Source: Longimicrobiales bacterium (lineage in GTDB: Bacteria; Gemmatimonadota; Gemmatimonadetes; Longimicrobiales; Gaopeijiaceae). Taken from it: a stretch of 64,000 bases of DNA. Both the position numbers and the translations under genes were made by a program. The notes under the pieces are model-generated. The model saw only the letters and a list, made by a program, of their open reading frames with translations. It was not told where the DNA came from and searched no databases. Where the stretch lies: assembly GCA_965219445.1 (NCBI GenBank), contig CBDCNQ010000004.1, forward strand, positions 608,001 to 672,000, read 5' to 3'. The number at the start of each line of letters is the position of its first letter. The first letter of the stretch is position 1. This document shows positions 21,155 through 30,867 of the stretch, piece by piece.

Positions 21155-21588
21155 ATGCTGAGGGTATTCATCACCGTCGCGATGGGCTTGGCGCTTAACC
21201 TCCCTAGCACGGTACTCGGGCAGCTCCCAGAGTTACCGGTCCATCCGGGAGATCTCATCGAGCTTCGCATCGGCGGGGCGGTTCACAACGGAGGGCTCTT
21301 CGATGTGGATCCGACCGTGACCGTTTCGGGAGCCCTGGCGATGGCGGGAGGGCCACCACGCAGGGCCGGGGCGACGAGGTGTGGGTGTTCCGGGATGGAA
21401 AGATCATCACGACCCTCGTGGAGGGGACAGCGCTGATCGCAGACTCCCCGGTCCGATCGGGCGATCGACTCTTCGTCGCCTGGGCAAGCGCCGTTCCCGA
21501 GCGGAGTTGGATCAGCCGGAACGCGGGTCCCGTCGGAATGTTCGTGGCTGCAACAGCTGGCATCGTTTTCGCCTTCGCCGGCAACTAG
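21155..21588 (+). pseudogene. Small SLBB-domain membrane protein, frameshifted near 21353
   Basis: Signal peptide and G.V...G.F.VDPTVTV..ALAMAGG in one frame; TTQGRGDEVWVFRDG...SPVRSGDRLFV plus C-terminal TM in the next. One added base restores ~144 aa. Confidence 0.65.
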
Positions 21589-21612
21589 GTCGAATCAACC
21601 CCAGCTGCCTCG

Positions 21613-22591
21613 TCACCCAGTGGCTGCCGCCCCGCAGTACGCCACCACATCATCGATAATCTGATCGATCGACTTCTCGGGCTCCCATCCGAATAGCCCA
21701 CGAATCTTGCCGATGTCCGGCTGCCTACGTTCCATGTCCTCGAAGCCCTCACCGTACGCCTCGTCATAAGGCACCAAAACGATCTCAGACGCGGATCCGA
21801 CTCGATCTTTCACCCGCTCCGCCAGCTCCATGATCGTGATCTCGTTCTCGTTGCCGATGTTGAACGCCTCACCGACGGCCCCGGGAGCGTCGAGAAGGCC
21901 GAGGACCGCCCTTACGGAATCGTCCACATGGCAGAACGAGCGCCGTTGATCCCCGCTGCCGTAGACTGTGATCGGATCGCCGGCTAGAGCCTGCCTCACG
22001 AACGTCGGCATCACCATGCCCCACTCGCCGGTCTGCCTCGGCCCCACGGTGTTGAAGAACCGCCCCAGAATCACCGGCAACCCCTTTTCCTGGTGGTAAG
22101 CCAACGCCAGGAACTCGTCCAGGGCCTTGGTGCACGCATAGGACCAACGCCGGTGCGTCGTGCTTCCCATGACCCGATCGTGCTCTTCATGGAGCTGGTC
22201 GCCACCCTTTCCGTAGATCTCGGAGGTCGAGGCTACGTAAAGCGGCTTCTCGTGCTTACTTATCACAACAATCCAGGACGATCTCCGTGCCGCGGACGTT
22301 GGTGGTGATGGTCTCGACCGGTGCCTCGATGATCTTTCGGACGCCCACCGCGGCGGCCAAATGGACGACACGATCGACATGGCCGATCGTGTCCTTCATC
22401 ATCGGCCAATTCATAATGGAATCGACGATCAGGTGGAGCGAGGGATCGTCCCGGACCCCTGCTAGGTTGTCCAGGCTGCCCGTGGACAGGTCGTCGACCA
22501 CGAAGACGTTCTTGCCACCCTCGAGCAGGCGCTCCACCAGGTGTGAACCGATGAACCCCGCACCGCCGGTGACTAAGATGGAATCTGACAT
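21613..22591 (-). pseudogene. NAD-dependent epimerase/dehydratase (GalE-like), disrupted by a 4-bp duplication at 22255-22262
   Basis: [10 protein letters not shown]...HLAAAVGV in frame 1; ASTSEIYGK, WSYACTK, RFFNTVGPRQTG in frame 2. The junction GAT AAG TAAG CAC becomes CDKHEKP when one TAAG is removed. Confidence 0.85.
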
Positions 22592-22658
22592 CAGGCTAAG
22601 AACCTATCCGATCCAGCCATAACATCAAAACCTGATGAATCGATCCGTGCGATGCCCC

Positions 22659-23678
22659 TCAACCCCGATACGCCCCGCTCTCGATCCGCTCGAGCCACGC
22701 CCCATTAGCCCCGTACCATCCGATCGTCTCGGTGAGCCCTTCCTCGAAATCCACGAGCGGCGCCCAGGACAGCTCCTCCTTTGCCTTCGTGGCATCGACG
22801 GCGTAGCGCCGGTCGTGACCCAACCGGTCCTCCACGAAGCTGACCAAACCCGGATCGGCCCCGGTCTGGTCGAGAATCGCCTTCACGATCTGAAGGTTGG
22901 TGCGCTCTGCGTCTCCCCCGAAGTTGTAGGCCTCTCCGGAACGGCCCTTCCGAAGCGCGGCGTCGAGGCCGCGGCAATGATCCCGCACCTGAATCCAGTC
23001 ACGTACGTTGAGGCCGTCGCCATAGACCGGGAGCGGGTCGCCCTTCATGGCGTTCGAGACCATCAGCGGGATCAGCTTCTCGGGAAACTGGTACGGCCCA
23101 TAGTTGTTGGAGCAGCGCGTCACGACCACATCGAGCTCGAACGTCCGGTGATACGCCAGCACCAGCATGTCACCCGCGGCCTTGGTGGCCGAGTACGGAG
23201 ATCGGGGAGCCAGCGGGGTCGCTTCGGTGAAGCGCTCCGTGGCGGCATCCGCCTCGGTATCGGGCTCGGTCGGGTCCCGCCACGGCAATTCCCCGTACAC
23301 CTCGTCGGTCGAGACGTGGACGAATCGTGGTGGCTTCGGGGCGGCGAGCGCCGCGCTCAAAAGCGTGTGTGTCCCATTGACGTTCGTCCTAACAAACGGT
23401 GCGTCGTGCTCGATAGAGCGATCCACGTGGGACTCGGCCGCCAAATTGAGGACGGCATCGACCTCCTGCACCAACTCACCCATGAGGGAGGCGTCGCAGA
23501 TATCGCCCTGCACGAAGCGGTAGCGTGAATCCGTTTCCAGTCCTGTGAGGTTGTCCAGGTTCCCGGCGTACGTGAGTAGGTCGAGGTTGATCACCTCGGC
23601 GTCCTCGTATTCCTCGAGGAAGTACCGCACCAGGTTGGACCCGATGAATCCGGCGCCACCGGTCACCAGCAGCTTCAA
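22659..23678 (-). CDS. rfbB: dTDP-glucose 4,6-dehydratase
   Basis: DLLTYAGN, AAESHVDRSI, HVSTDEVYG, SPYSATKA, CSNNYGPYQFPEKLIP, DRLGHDRRYA. Confidence 0.96.
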   Translation of the reverse strand: MKLLVTGGAGFIGSNLVRYFLEEYEDAEVINLDLLTYAGNLDNLTGLETDSRYRFVQGDICDASLMGELVQEVDAVLNLAAESHVDRSIEHDAPFVRTNVNGTHTLLSAALAAPKPPRFVHVSTDEVYGELPWRDPTEPDTEADAATERFTEATPLAPRSPYSATKAAGDMLVLAYHRTFELDVVVTRCSNNYGPYQFPEKLIPLMVSNAMKGDPLPVYGDGLNVRDWIQVRDHCRGLDAALRKGRSGEAYNFGGDAERTNLQIVKAILDQTGADPGLVSFVEDRLGHDRRYAVDATKAKEELSWAPLVDFEEGLTETIGWYGANGAWLERIESGAYRG

Positions 23679-23722
23679 GGGTCTACTGCCTCCTGATGGA
23701 AAGACGGTTCACTACGACCCCC

Positions 23723-24493
23723 TCAGACATCGTCCCGGGGCGGCGCCCCGACCGCAGGCATCCGAAGCACCGGCGCGTCCCCGGCGGCTGCAACCAACTG
23801 CGTCGCGTGATACAGCGACGGAATCGTACCGGCATCGGTCCACCAGCCTTCGACGATGTGGTGACGAAGGGAGCCCCATTCGAGGTAGCGGTTGTTGACG
23901 TCGGTGATCTCCAGCTCCCCCCGACCGGAGGGCGAGAGACCTCGCACGATTTCGAACGCACGACCGTCATAGAAGTAGCAGCCTGTCACGGCCAGGTTGC
24001 TCTCAGGCTCAGACGGCTTCTCTACGATGCTCAAGACACGGCCATCGTGCAGCTTGGCCACGCCGAAGCGCTCCGGTCGATCCACCTCCGTGAGCATGAC
24101 CATCGCACCCTGAGGGTCGGCCCGGTAAGCGTCCACGGCCTCCCGGATGGGGGTCTCGAAGATGTTGTCTCCCAGGATCACGCAGATGGGATTGCCATCC
24201 GCGAAGTCCTCGGCGAGCCCGAGGGCCTCGGCGATCCCTCCTTCTCCTTCCTGATAGGCGTAGTTCAGCCGTCGCAAGCCGAACTCCTTGCCGTTGCCCA
24301 ACAGCCGAAGGAAGTCACCGGCATGATTTCCACCCGTCACGATGAGAATGTCATCGATCCCGGCGTGAACGAGCTGCTGAATGGGGAAGTAGATCATCGG
24401 GCGATCGAACACGGGCAGCAGATGCTTGTTCGTGACGCGGGTCATGGGCAGCAGGCGCGTACCTAGCCCTCCGGCCAATACTACGCCCTTCAC
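23723..24493 (-). CDS. rfbA: Glucose-1-phosphate thymidylyltransferase (short form)
   Basis: GVVLAGGLGTRLLP.T...NKHLLPV, LGDNIF, EKP, SGRGELEITD, WTDAGT. GTG start overlaps the rfbD stop. Confidence 0.88.
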   Translation of the reverse strand: MKGVVLAGGLGTRLLPMTRVTNKHLLPVFDRPMIYFPIQQLVHAGIDDILIVTGGNHAGDFLRLLGNGKEFGLRRLNYAYQEGEGGIAEALGLAEDFADGNPICVILGDNIFETPIREAVDAYRADPQGAMVMLTEVDRPERFGVAKLHDGRVLSIVEKPSEPESNLAVTGCYFYDGRAFEIVRGLSPSGRGELEITDVNNRYLEWGSLRHHIVEGWWTDAGTIPSLYHATQLVAAAGDAPVLRMPAVGAPPRDDV

Positions 24494-25332
24494 AGGACCT
24501 CCGAGAGGTATGCACCCAGGGACTCGCACCAAGGAGTCATCTCACGCCCCAGGATGGCTTCGGCCTTCGAGCAATCGAGCACGGAATACGGTGGACGCTG
24601 CGCGGGCGCACCCCACGCGAATGTGCTCGTGGCCGTCAATTCGACGTCGAGTCCGGCCTCCTGCGCCACCCGGTGCGCCAATTCGAGCCATGATGCCTGG
24701 CCCGCGTCACATACGTGGTACGTTCCCCTCGCACCCGCTTCGGCCAGCTCGAGGATTCCGGGAGCGAGATTACCCGTCCACGTCGGGCAGCCCACCTGAT
24801 CGTCCACCACGGTCATCCCACCACGGCGTTCGCCCTGTTCAAGGACGACATCCACGAAGTCCCAGCCTCCGGGCCCATACAGCCAACTCGTCCGTACCAC
24901 CATCCAGCTGCACCCGGAGACCGCGAGCACCTGCTCGCCGGCCAACTTACTTATGCCATAAGCGTTGAGCGGACTGGTTTCGTCGTCGGGACTGTAAGGA
25001 GTGTCCGCCCTGCCGTTGAAGACATAGTCGGTGCTCGGATAGACGACCGTGGCGCCGATTTGGGCAGCGGCCATCGCCACATTACGTGTACCGTCACGGT
25101 TGACGCTCATGGCTAGATCCGCCTCCCCCTCAGCGCGATCCACCGCTGTGTACCCGGCACAGTGGACGACAATCTCCGGCATTTCCGCTCTCAAGCGCCG
25201 CTCTACGTCTCCGGAGAGGGTGACGTCGAGTGCGGATCGGGCATAGGCCCGGACATCGTAGCCTCTCTCCCCGGCGGTGCGCACGACGGCGTTACCCAAC
25301 AGACCACCGGCGCCTGTGACTAGAATCCTCAA
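24490..25332 (-). CDS. rfbD: dTDP-4-dehydrorhamnose reductase
   Basis: TGAGGLLG, CAGYTAVDRAE, STDYVFNG, YGISKLAGE, RTSWLYG, DDQVGCPT, RP.YSVLD. Confidence 0.95.
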   Translation of the reverse strand: MRILVTGAGGLLGNAVVRTAGERGYDVRAYARSALDVTLSGDVERRLRAEMPEIVVHCAGYTAVDRAEGEADLAMSVNRDGTRNVAMAAAQIGATVVYPSTDYVFNGRADTPYSPDDETSPLNAYGISKLAGEQVLAVSGCSWMVVRTSWLYGPGGWDFVDVVLEQGERRGGMTVVDDQVGCPTWTGNLAPGILELAEAGARGTYHVCDAGQASWLELAHRVAQEAGLDVELTATSTFAWGAPAQRPPYSVLDCSKAEAILGREMTPWCESLGAYLSEVL

Positions 25333-25414
25333 GACAGCGTCCTCAAGACAGTGTCCTCATGCCAGCATGCCCAAAGACGGGGTGCCCAAAGACACGGTCC
25401 CCAAGGCAGGCTTC

Positions 25415-26200
25415 TCAAGAGTAGACCTTCATCCAGTTTCCCCGAAAATCCGTGAGGACGCCCGCACCGGCGGCCAAGAGATTCGGATGGCGCGGCACCG
25501 GCTGATTGAAGGCGGGCTCCGTTCCGTCGGCGTGGATCACTGACCCGCCCGCGGCCCGGACCAACGCGGTACCGGCTGCGACGTCCCACTCACTCTTCGG
25601 GACCAGTGTCCAGGTGCCATCTGCCTGGCCCGCCGCGACGAGCGCCATCTTGAAGGCAACGGATCCGCAGGGCCGTACCTCGCACGGCGCCTCGTCGAGC
25701 CCACTCCACTCACCCCTTCTGACCTCGCTCCGGCTGGCCAGAATCACGGCACCGTCGAGATCGGAAAGACCGGTGACGGACGAGGGACGGCCCTGGTACT
25801 CGACTCCGGTCTCCAGCGATCCGATCACCAGTTCCTCGGTGGCCGGATTGTAGATGCCCCCAGCAACGGGCAGGCCGTCCTCGACCAGGCCCACCGAGAT
25901 ACACCACTCGGGGATCCCATCGACGAACTCCCGGGTCCCGTCGATCGGATCCACCACCCAGACCCGCCGGCACCCCAGCCGGACAGAGTCGTCGATCGAC
26001 TCCTCCGAGAGCCATCCCTCTCCGTGCGCGGGCAGAATCTCCCTGAGTACACGATCGGCCGCTTCATCGGCCGCGGTCAACGGATCGCCCAATTCACTCT
26101 TGATCTCGAACTCGACATCGCCGGACGTGAACGGCTGAATCGCGTCGGCGGCGGCTACGATCGCTTCGTGGACCCTGGCTAGATCGCCCAACCTGGTCAT
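25415..26200 (-). CDS. cysQ: 3'(2'),5'-bisphosphate nucleotidase CysQ (inositol monophosphatase family)
   Basis: PLTAAD, WLSEE, WVVDPIDGTREF, ASRSE, GSVAFK, SEWDVAAG. Confidence 0.88.
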   Translation of the reverse strand: MTRLGDLARVHEAIVAAADAIQPFTSGDVEFEIKSELGDPLTAADEAADRVLREILPAHGEGWLSEESIDDSVRLGCRRVWVVDPIDGTREFVDGIPEWCISVGLVEDGLPVAGGIYNPATEELVIGSLETGVEYQGRPSSVTGLSDLDGAVILASRSEVRRGEWSGLDEAPCEVRPCGSVAFKMALVAAGQADGTWTLVPKSEWDVAAGTALVRAAGGSVIHADGTEPAFNQPVPRHPNLLAAGAGVLTDFRGNWMKVYS

Positions 26201-26227
26201 GCACCCTCTCCCCGTAACCCATCGACA

Positions 26228-27487
26228 TCATTCCCGTAACCCGTCGATATCATCAGTGAATCCTGCAATTTTCTTGGAATCCTTGAATTTTGCCACTTCA
26301 ATCCCGACGCCGGCCCGCTCGAGTGCATCCTCGTACACGCGCTCGATGTCCCCGGCCAGCCGTCGAATCGAATAACGTTCGAGAACCAGCTTACGAGCCC
26401 GCTCCACATCGTCGGGTGACGGGGGAGATGCCAAAACGCTCTCGAGCGCGTCGGCAACCTCATCGTCCGAAGCCGAATGCACAAGGCGTCCCAATTCGCC
26501 CCCCTCGAGTATCTCCGCCACACCCCCGACCGCGAGCGAAGCCACCGGTATTCCACTCGCCAAGGATTCGATCAAAGAGACGGGCGTACCCTCGTCGAAC
26601 GAGGTGAGCGCCGTTACGTCGAAGGCGGGAAATACCTGCGGCAGGTCCTTCCTCCAGCCGAGCCAATGCACGACGTCCTCGAGACCCTTATCCCTCACGT
26701 AGGCCCGTAGCGCGGGCTCCCGCTCGCCCGAGCCCACCACGATCAGATGCGGCGTGGGATCCATTCGGTCCCTGAGCAGCGCCAACGCATCGAACAATAG
26801 TTCGTGATTCTTCACGGGCACCATGCGCCCCACGATGCCGACGACAGGATGGTCCTCCTCGATTCCCAGCTCCGCCCGAAGCCGTGAGCGGGCTGAGGCC
26901 CGATCCGTGTCTGCGAACGGCCGGAGGTTCAGGCCCAGCGGAATCACGGCGAACCGCTCTGGAGGCGCAACGCGCAGATCCTCCGCCATCTCACGGGCCT
27001 GATCGTGCGTGAGGACGACCAGCGTGTCGGTCGACCTCGCCAGTCGCCGCTCGATCTCCAAGAAGAGCCGCGTCTTGATCCTCGAGAAGTAGAGACCCCC
27101 GAGCACGTGCCCATGGAACGTGTGCACGATCACGGGGACGCCGGCAGCCATCGCCGCCAACCGTCCCACCGTCCCCGCCTTGGCGGTGTGCGTGTGTACT
27201 ATGGTGGGCCGCTCGCGACGAAAAATCCGAAGGAGCGTCAGAAACGAACGAAGGTCCCTCAGGGGCGAGAGCAGCCGGGACATGCCCGTGATCTCGGTGA
27301 CCTCCACCCCCCGTTTACGGGCGTAGTAGGTCATGTCTCCCTCGTCCTCGGTGATGTGTCCGGCGATCAGGCGCGTGCGAAACCGAGTGGGATCGAGGGC
27401 CTCCGCCAGGTGAACCACATGCATGGCCGGTCCACCTGTGTTGAGCCGTGCTATGAAACGGTGAACAAGGACCGGGGGATCACTCAC
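26228..27487 (-). CDS. Glycosyltransferase family 4 protein
   Basis: IARLNTGGP, HTHTAKAG..GR.AA, HTFHGHV, VGRMVPVKN, TSFDEGTPVSLIE. Confidence 0.93.
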   Translation of the reverse strand: MSDPPVLVHRFIARLNTGGPAMHVVHLAEALDPTRFRTRLIAGHITEDEGDMTYYARKRGVEVTEITGMSRLLSPLRDLRSFLTLLRIFRRERPTIVHTHTAKAGTVGRLAAMAAGVPVIVHTFHGHVLGGLYFSRIKTRLFLEIERRLARSTDTLVVLTHDQAREMAEDLRVAPPERFAVIPLGLNLRPFADTDRASARSRLRAELGIEEDHPVVGIVGRMVPVKNHELLFDALALLRDRMDPTPHLIVVGSGEREPALRAYVRDKGLEDVVHWLGWRKDLPQVFPAFDVTALTSFDEGTPVSLIESLASGIPVASLAVGGVAEILEGGELGRLVHSASDDEVADALESVLASPPSPDDVERARKLVLERYSIRRLAGDIERVYEDALERAGVGIEVAKFKDSKKIAGFTDDIDGLRE

Positions 27488-27488
27488 C

Positions 27489-28823
27489 TCACTCCGGCCC
27501 ACCCTTTACGATCCACGCACCCGCCCCTGAGCCGCTCTCATCCAGGAGAGCCGCAGTGACGTGACGGGCATCCACCACCACGGCCGACCGCTCGAGAACC
27601 CGGGCGTAATCGATATCCGTGTGGTCCGTCACGATCACTACCGCTTCGGCCTCGGTGAGGGCTTGATCCGTCAGGGGGACCGAAGACAGAGGAGTTCCGT
27701 CCTCGGCCAAATCGGGCACGAAAGGATCGTGGTACGCCACGTCCGCACCATCGGCGGCGAGAAGACCGATGATATCAAGGGCCGGCGATTCTCTGACATC
27801 GTTGACGTCCCGCTTGTACGCCACGCCCAGTACCAGGACGCGCGCTCCGTTCACCGGCTTTTTGCGTGCGTTCAGCGCGGCTCGGACCTTCCCCACCACG
27901 AACTCGGGCATCTCGGCGTTGATCTCAGAGGCCAGCTCAATGAAGCGGGTCCGATAGTTGAGCGTACGCATCTTCCACGCCAGATAGTGGGGATCGACAG
28001 GGATGCAGTGCCCTCCGAGTCCCGGTCCGGGCGTGAACTTCATGAAGCCGAACGGCTTCGTGGCCGCCGCCTCGATGACCTCCCACACATCCACGTCGAG
28101 TCGGTCGGCGATGAGTGCCACCTCGTTTACCAGAGCGATATTCACGGCCCGGAAGGTATTTTCCAGAATCTTGACCATCTCCGCCGCCTCGGTGGACGAA
28201 ACCGGCACCATCGTGTCGATGAAGCGCTCGTAGACGGCCAACCCGGCCTCGGTGCAGCCCGGCGTCACGCCTCCGATGACCTTCGGAGTGTTCCTCGTTT
28301 TCCAGACCTGATTCCCCGGGTCCACACGCTCGGGCGAGAAGCAAAGGAAGAAGTCCTTGCCCACGGCGAGCCCGGTACGCTCCAACGCAGGAAGCAGTAC
28401 CTCTCGTGTCGTCCCCGGATACGTCGTCGACTCCAGAACGACGAGCTGCCCGGGGCGCAGCGCCGCGGCCACCGCCTCCGATGCGGCAATCACGAAGGAG
28501 ACGTCTGGATCCTGCGTTTTCGACAGCGGTGTCGGCACCGAAATCGAGATCGCATCGCATTCGGCGAGTCGGGCCATATCGGTTGTGGCCTCCAGCCGTC
28601 CGGTGGCCAGAACGCCCTCCAACTCTTCCTCCGTGACATCCCCGACGTGGCTGGCTCCAGCGTTGATGCCATCCACGGTCTCGCAGTCGACGTCGAGACC
28701 CACGACCCGAAGACCCGAGCGGGCGATCTGCACCGACAGCGGCAGTCCGACGTAGCCGAGGCCGACCACACCCACGGTGAGGTCGCCCGAGCGGAAGTGG
28801 TCCAGGGAAGTGTTGGGCATCAT
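27489..28823 (-). CDS. Nucleotide sugar dehydrogenase (WbpA-like UDP-GlcNAc 6-dehydrogenase)
   Basis: GLGYVGLP, VPTPL, LESTTYPGTT, FSPERVDPGN, PGPGLGGHCIPVDP, GVAYKRDVNDVRESP. Confidence 0.93.
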   Translation of the reverse strand: MMPNTSLDHFRSGDLTVGVVGLGYVGLPLSVQIARSGLRVVGLDVDCETVDGINAGASHVGDVTEEELEGVLATGRLEATTDMARLAECDAISISVPTPLSKTQDPDVSFVIAASEAVAAALRPGQLVVLESTTYPGTTREVLLPALERTGLAVGKDFFLCFSPERVDPGNQVWKTRNTPKVIGGVTPGCTEAGLAVYERFIDTMVPVSSTEAAEMVKILENTFRAVNIALVNEVALIADRLDVDVWEVIEAAATKPFGFMKFTPGPGLGGHCIPVDPHYLAWKMRTLNYRTRFIELASEINAEMPEFVVGKVRAALNARKKPVNGARVLVLGVAYKRDVNDVRESPALDIIGLLAADGADVAYHDPFVPDLAEDGTPLSSVPLTDQALTEAEAVVIVTDHTDIDYARVLERSAVVVDARHVTAALLDESGSGAGAWIVKGGPE

Positions 28824-30745
28824 GCCTCCGTGTCGATGTCGTGCCCGGCGCCCGCCTCTACCGGCGTCGGTCCCACAGAGATCCGCACGGCGAACACATC
28901 CACGGCCCCCTCACACCTCAGGTACTCGCCCACCCGTCGGGTGTCGTCCCCATCCACCCCTCCCCTATCGATCATCACCACCGCGCTTACGCCGCACTTA
29001 CGGACGGCTCTCTCGATTCCGGCGTCGCCCCCGAACACCGGGTACCCCTTGAATCGCCCCCGCCGGCCTCCATAGGCATAATCCACCACCGCGACCGGCC
29101 GAAGCCTCGGCTCCTCCACGCCGCGCAGAGCCCGAAACGCCAGCTCGGCGTCTCCGATCCGGCCGACGAAGGCCGCCGGAGCCCCCTCAGAAGACCATTT
29201 TTCCTTCACGTCGTCCAAGAAGCGAAAGGAAACGCGTCCGACAACGGTCAACGTCGAGCACAGTAGAAAGTCCACGATCAGCACGCCCCGTGACAATCCC
29301 ACCCTGGAAACCAGGAGCAGGACCGACGCCACAAGGAGCGTCCCGAGGACGTTGGCCCGGATCGTTCCCCAGACATCTGCCAGACTGTAGTGACGGAAAC
29401 GAGGGGCATACGCCCCGGCAGCCGCCAGGCCCGTCAGCTTCAGGACGATCACCATGGCGAGAGTCTGTCTGAAATAGGCGAGCTCGGCCGGGAGCTGCTC
29501 CGTATCCCACCGGACCAGATACGCCCCGAAATAGGCGATCGCCACCAAAACGACGTCCATAAGGACGGTGAGCAACGGAAATCGATGATGGAGCCTGAGT
29601 AAAAGATTGAATACGTGTGTGCCCTGCGACTCTCCGCGCCCCCCCTCGTCGCTCCCCGCCGCCTCCGCCTTCTCCGAGCTCTCTAGGTCGCTCATCCTGG
29701 AGGACAACAAATACAGTCCGAGGAGAGTCAGGAGGATCAGCAGCGCACCCCCCACCGCGTATGCGACGGGCCGGCTCGCGGAGCGAATGCCCAGGCCAAT
29801 CAGTCCCCCCCCGGCGGCGAGTCCCCACACGAGCCAAGCGACCCGCTCCTCGGAAATCCCGAGCGCCACGAGCCCGTGTGACGTGTGATCCTTCCCCCCC
29901 TTCGAAATCGGCCGGCCTTCCAGCAGGCGCGTGACGGTCACGAAGGTCGTGTCGAGGATCGGGACCGCGAGGACGATCGCGGGCACGACCACAACGGCAA
30001 AAAGGCTCCGGGACAAACCGGGCGCGGGCGAGAGTGCGAGGCCGGCGAGCACGAGGCCGGTGAAAAGCGACCCGCTGTCCCCCATGAAAATGCGGGCGGG
30101 TGGATAGTTGTGGACCAGGAAACCCACCAGCGCCCCTGCGAAGGCGAAGGCCACACCCGCCAATGCGGCGTCGCCGGCCAGAAGAAAATCAATGCCCATG
30201 AACGAGGCCGCGATGGCGCCCACGCCACCCGCCAGACCGTCCATGTTGTCCAGCAGGTTGAGCGCGTTCGTGATACCGATGAACCAGAAGAGCGACACCG
30301 TGACGTCAACCAAATAGGACCCGGTAAACCAGACGCCGATGCCACTCATGAGCAGCACCGAGGCCGCCGCCAGTTGGCCGACCAGTTTGGTGATGGGTCT
30401 CAACTGGACGAGATCGTCGATGAGGCCGAGCGCGAAGATCAGAACGGCGGCGACGAGCAGCCCGTCTCGATGCGTAAGAGAAACAACCGCGCGGCCCGAA
30501 ACGTCCCCAATGGACAGGTCCCCCGTGGACAGGAGCATCTGCGCCACGAGGGCCACCGCAAAGCCTACGAAAATCGCTATACCGCCGAAGCTGGGCGTCG
30601 GCCTCCAGTGCCAACGCTCCGGCGACGCCACGGATAGGCGGGTCCACCGTAGGGCGACGCTCCTAACGACGGGCGTCAGCGTCACCGAGGTGACCAGGGC
30701 CAGACTCCCAACCAGGAGGAGGAGAATGGGGTCAGGGAGGTTCAA
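28820..30745 (-). CDS. WecA/MraY-family undecaprenyl-phosphate sugar-1-phosphate transferase with a fused C-terminal TM plus Rossmann-like module
   Basis: TPSFGG, GLIDD, NALNLLDNMDGL, N.PPARIFMGDSGS, P.LDT..V...R, DH.SH. Followed by ~280 extra aa with 4 TM and GRIGD...VAVVD. Confidence 0.88.
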   Translation of the reverse strand: MNLPDPILLLLVGSLALVTSVTLTPVVRSVALRWTRLSVASPERWHWRPTPSFGGIAIFVGFAVALVAQMLLSTGDLSIGDVSGRAVVSLTHRDGLLVAAVLIFALGLIDDLVQLRPITKLVGQLAAASVLLMSGIGVWFTGSYLVDVTVSLFWFIGITNALNLLDNMDGLAGGVGAIAASFMGIDFLLAGDAALAGVAFAFAGALVGFLVHNYPPARIFMGDSGSLFTGLVLAGLALSPAPGLSRSLFAVVVVPAIVLAVPILDTTFVTVTRLLEGRPISKGGKDHTSHGLVALGISEERVAWLVWGLAAGGGLIGLGIRSASRPVAYAVGGALLILLTLLGLYLLSSRMSDLESSEKAEAAGSDEGGRGESQGTHVFNLLLRLHHRFPLLTVLMDVVLVAIAYFGAYLVRWDTEQLPAELAYFRQTLAMVIVLKLTGLAAAGAYAPRFRHYSLADVWGTIRANVLGTLLVASVLLLVSRVGLSRGVLIVDFLLCSTLTVVGRVSFRFLDDVKEKWSSEGAPAAFVGRIGDAELAFRALRGVEEPRLRPVAVVDYAYGGRRGRFKGYPVFGGDAGIERAVRKCGVSAVVMIDRGGVDGDDTRRVGEYLRCEGAVDVFAVRISVGPTPVEAGAGHDIDTEA

Positions 30746-30867
30746 GTCAGGCGCAATCCTTGGACATCCGTGATTTCGACACCCGGGTCACCGACCGACT
30801 CGGGGCGGGGACTCGTGCGGCCATGAAAAAAGCTCACCGCGTGGCGCGGACGTGGCAAGATCCCGGA

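Noticed and set aside
27561..29075. Long antisense ORFs (also 4893-6083, 12368-13486, 53873-54904 and many others)
   Set aside because: Shadow ORFs opposite well-supported genes, expected in high-GC DNA, with no recognisable motifs.
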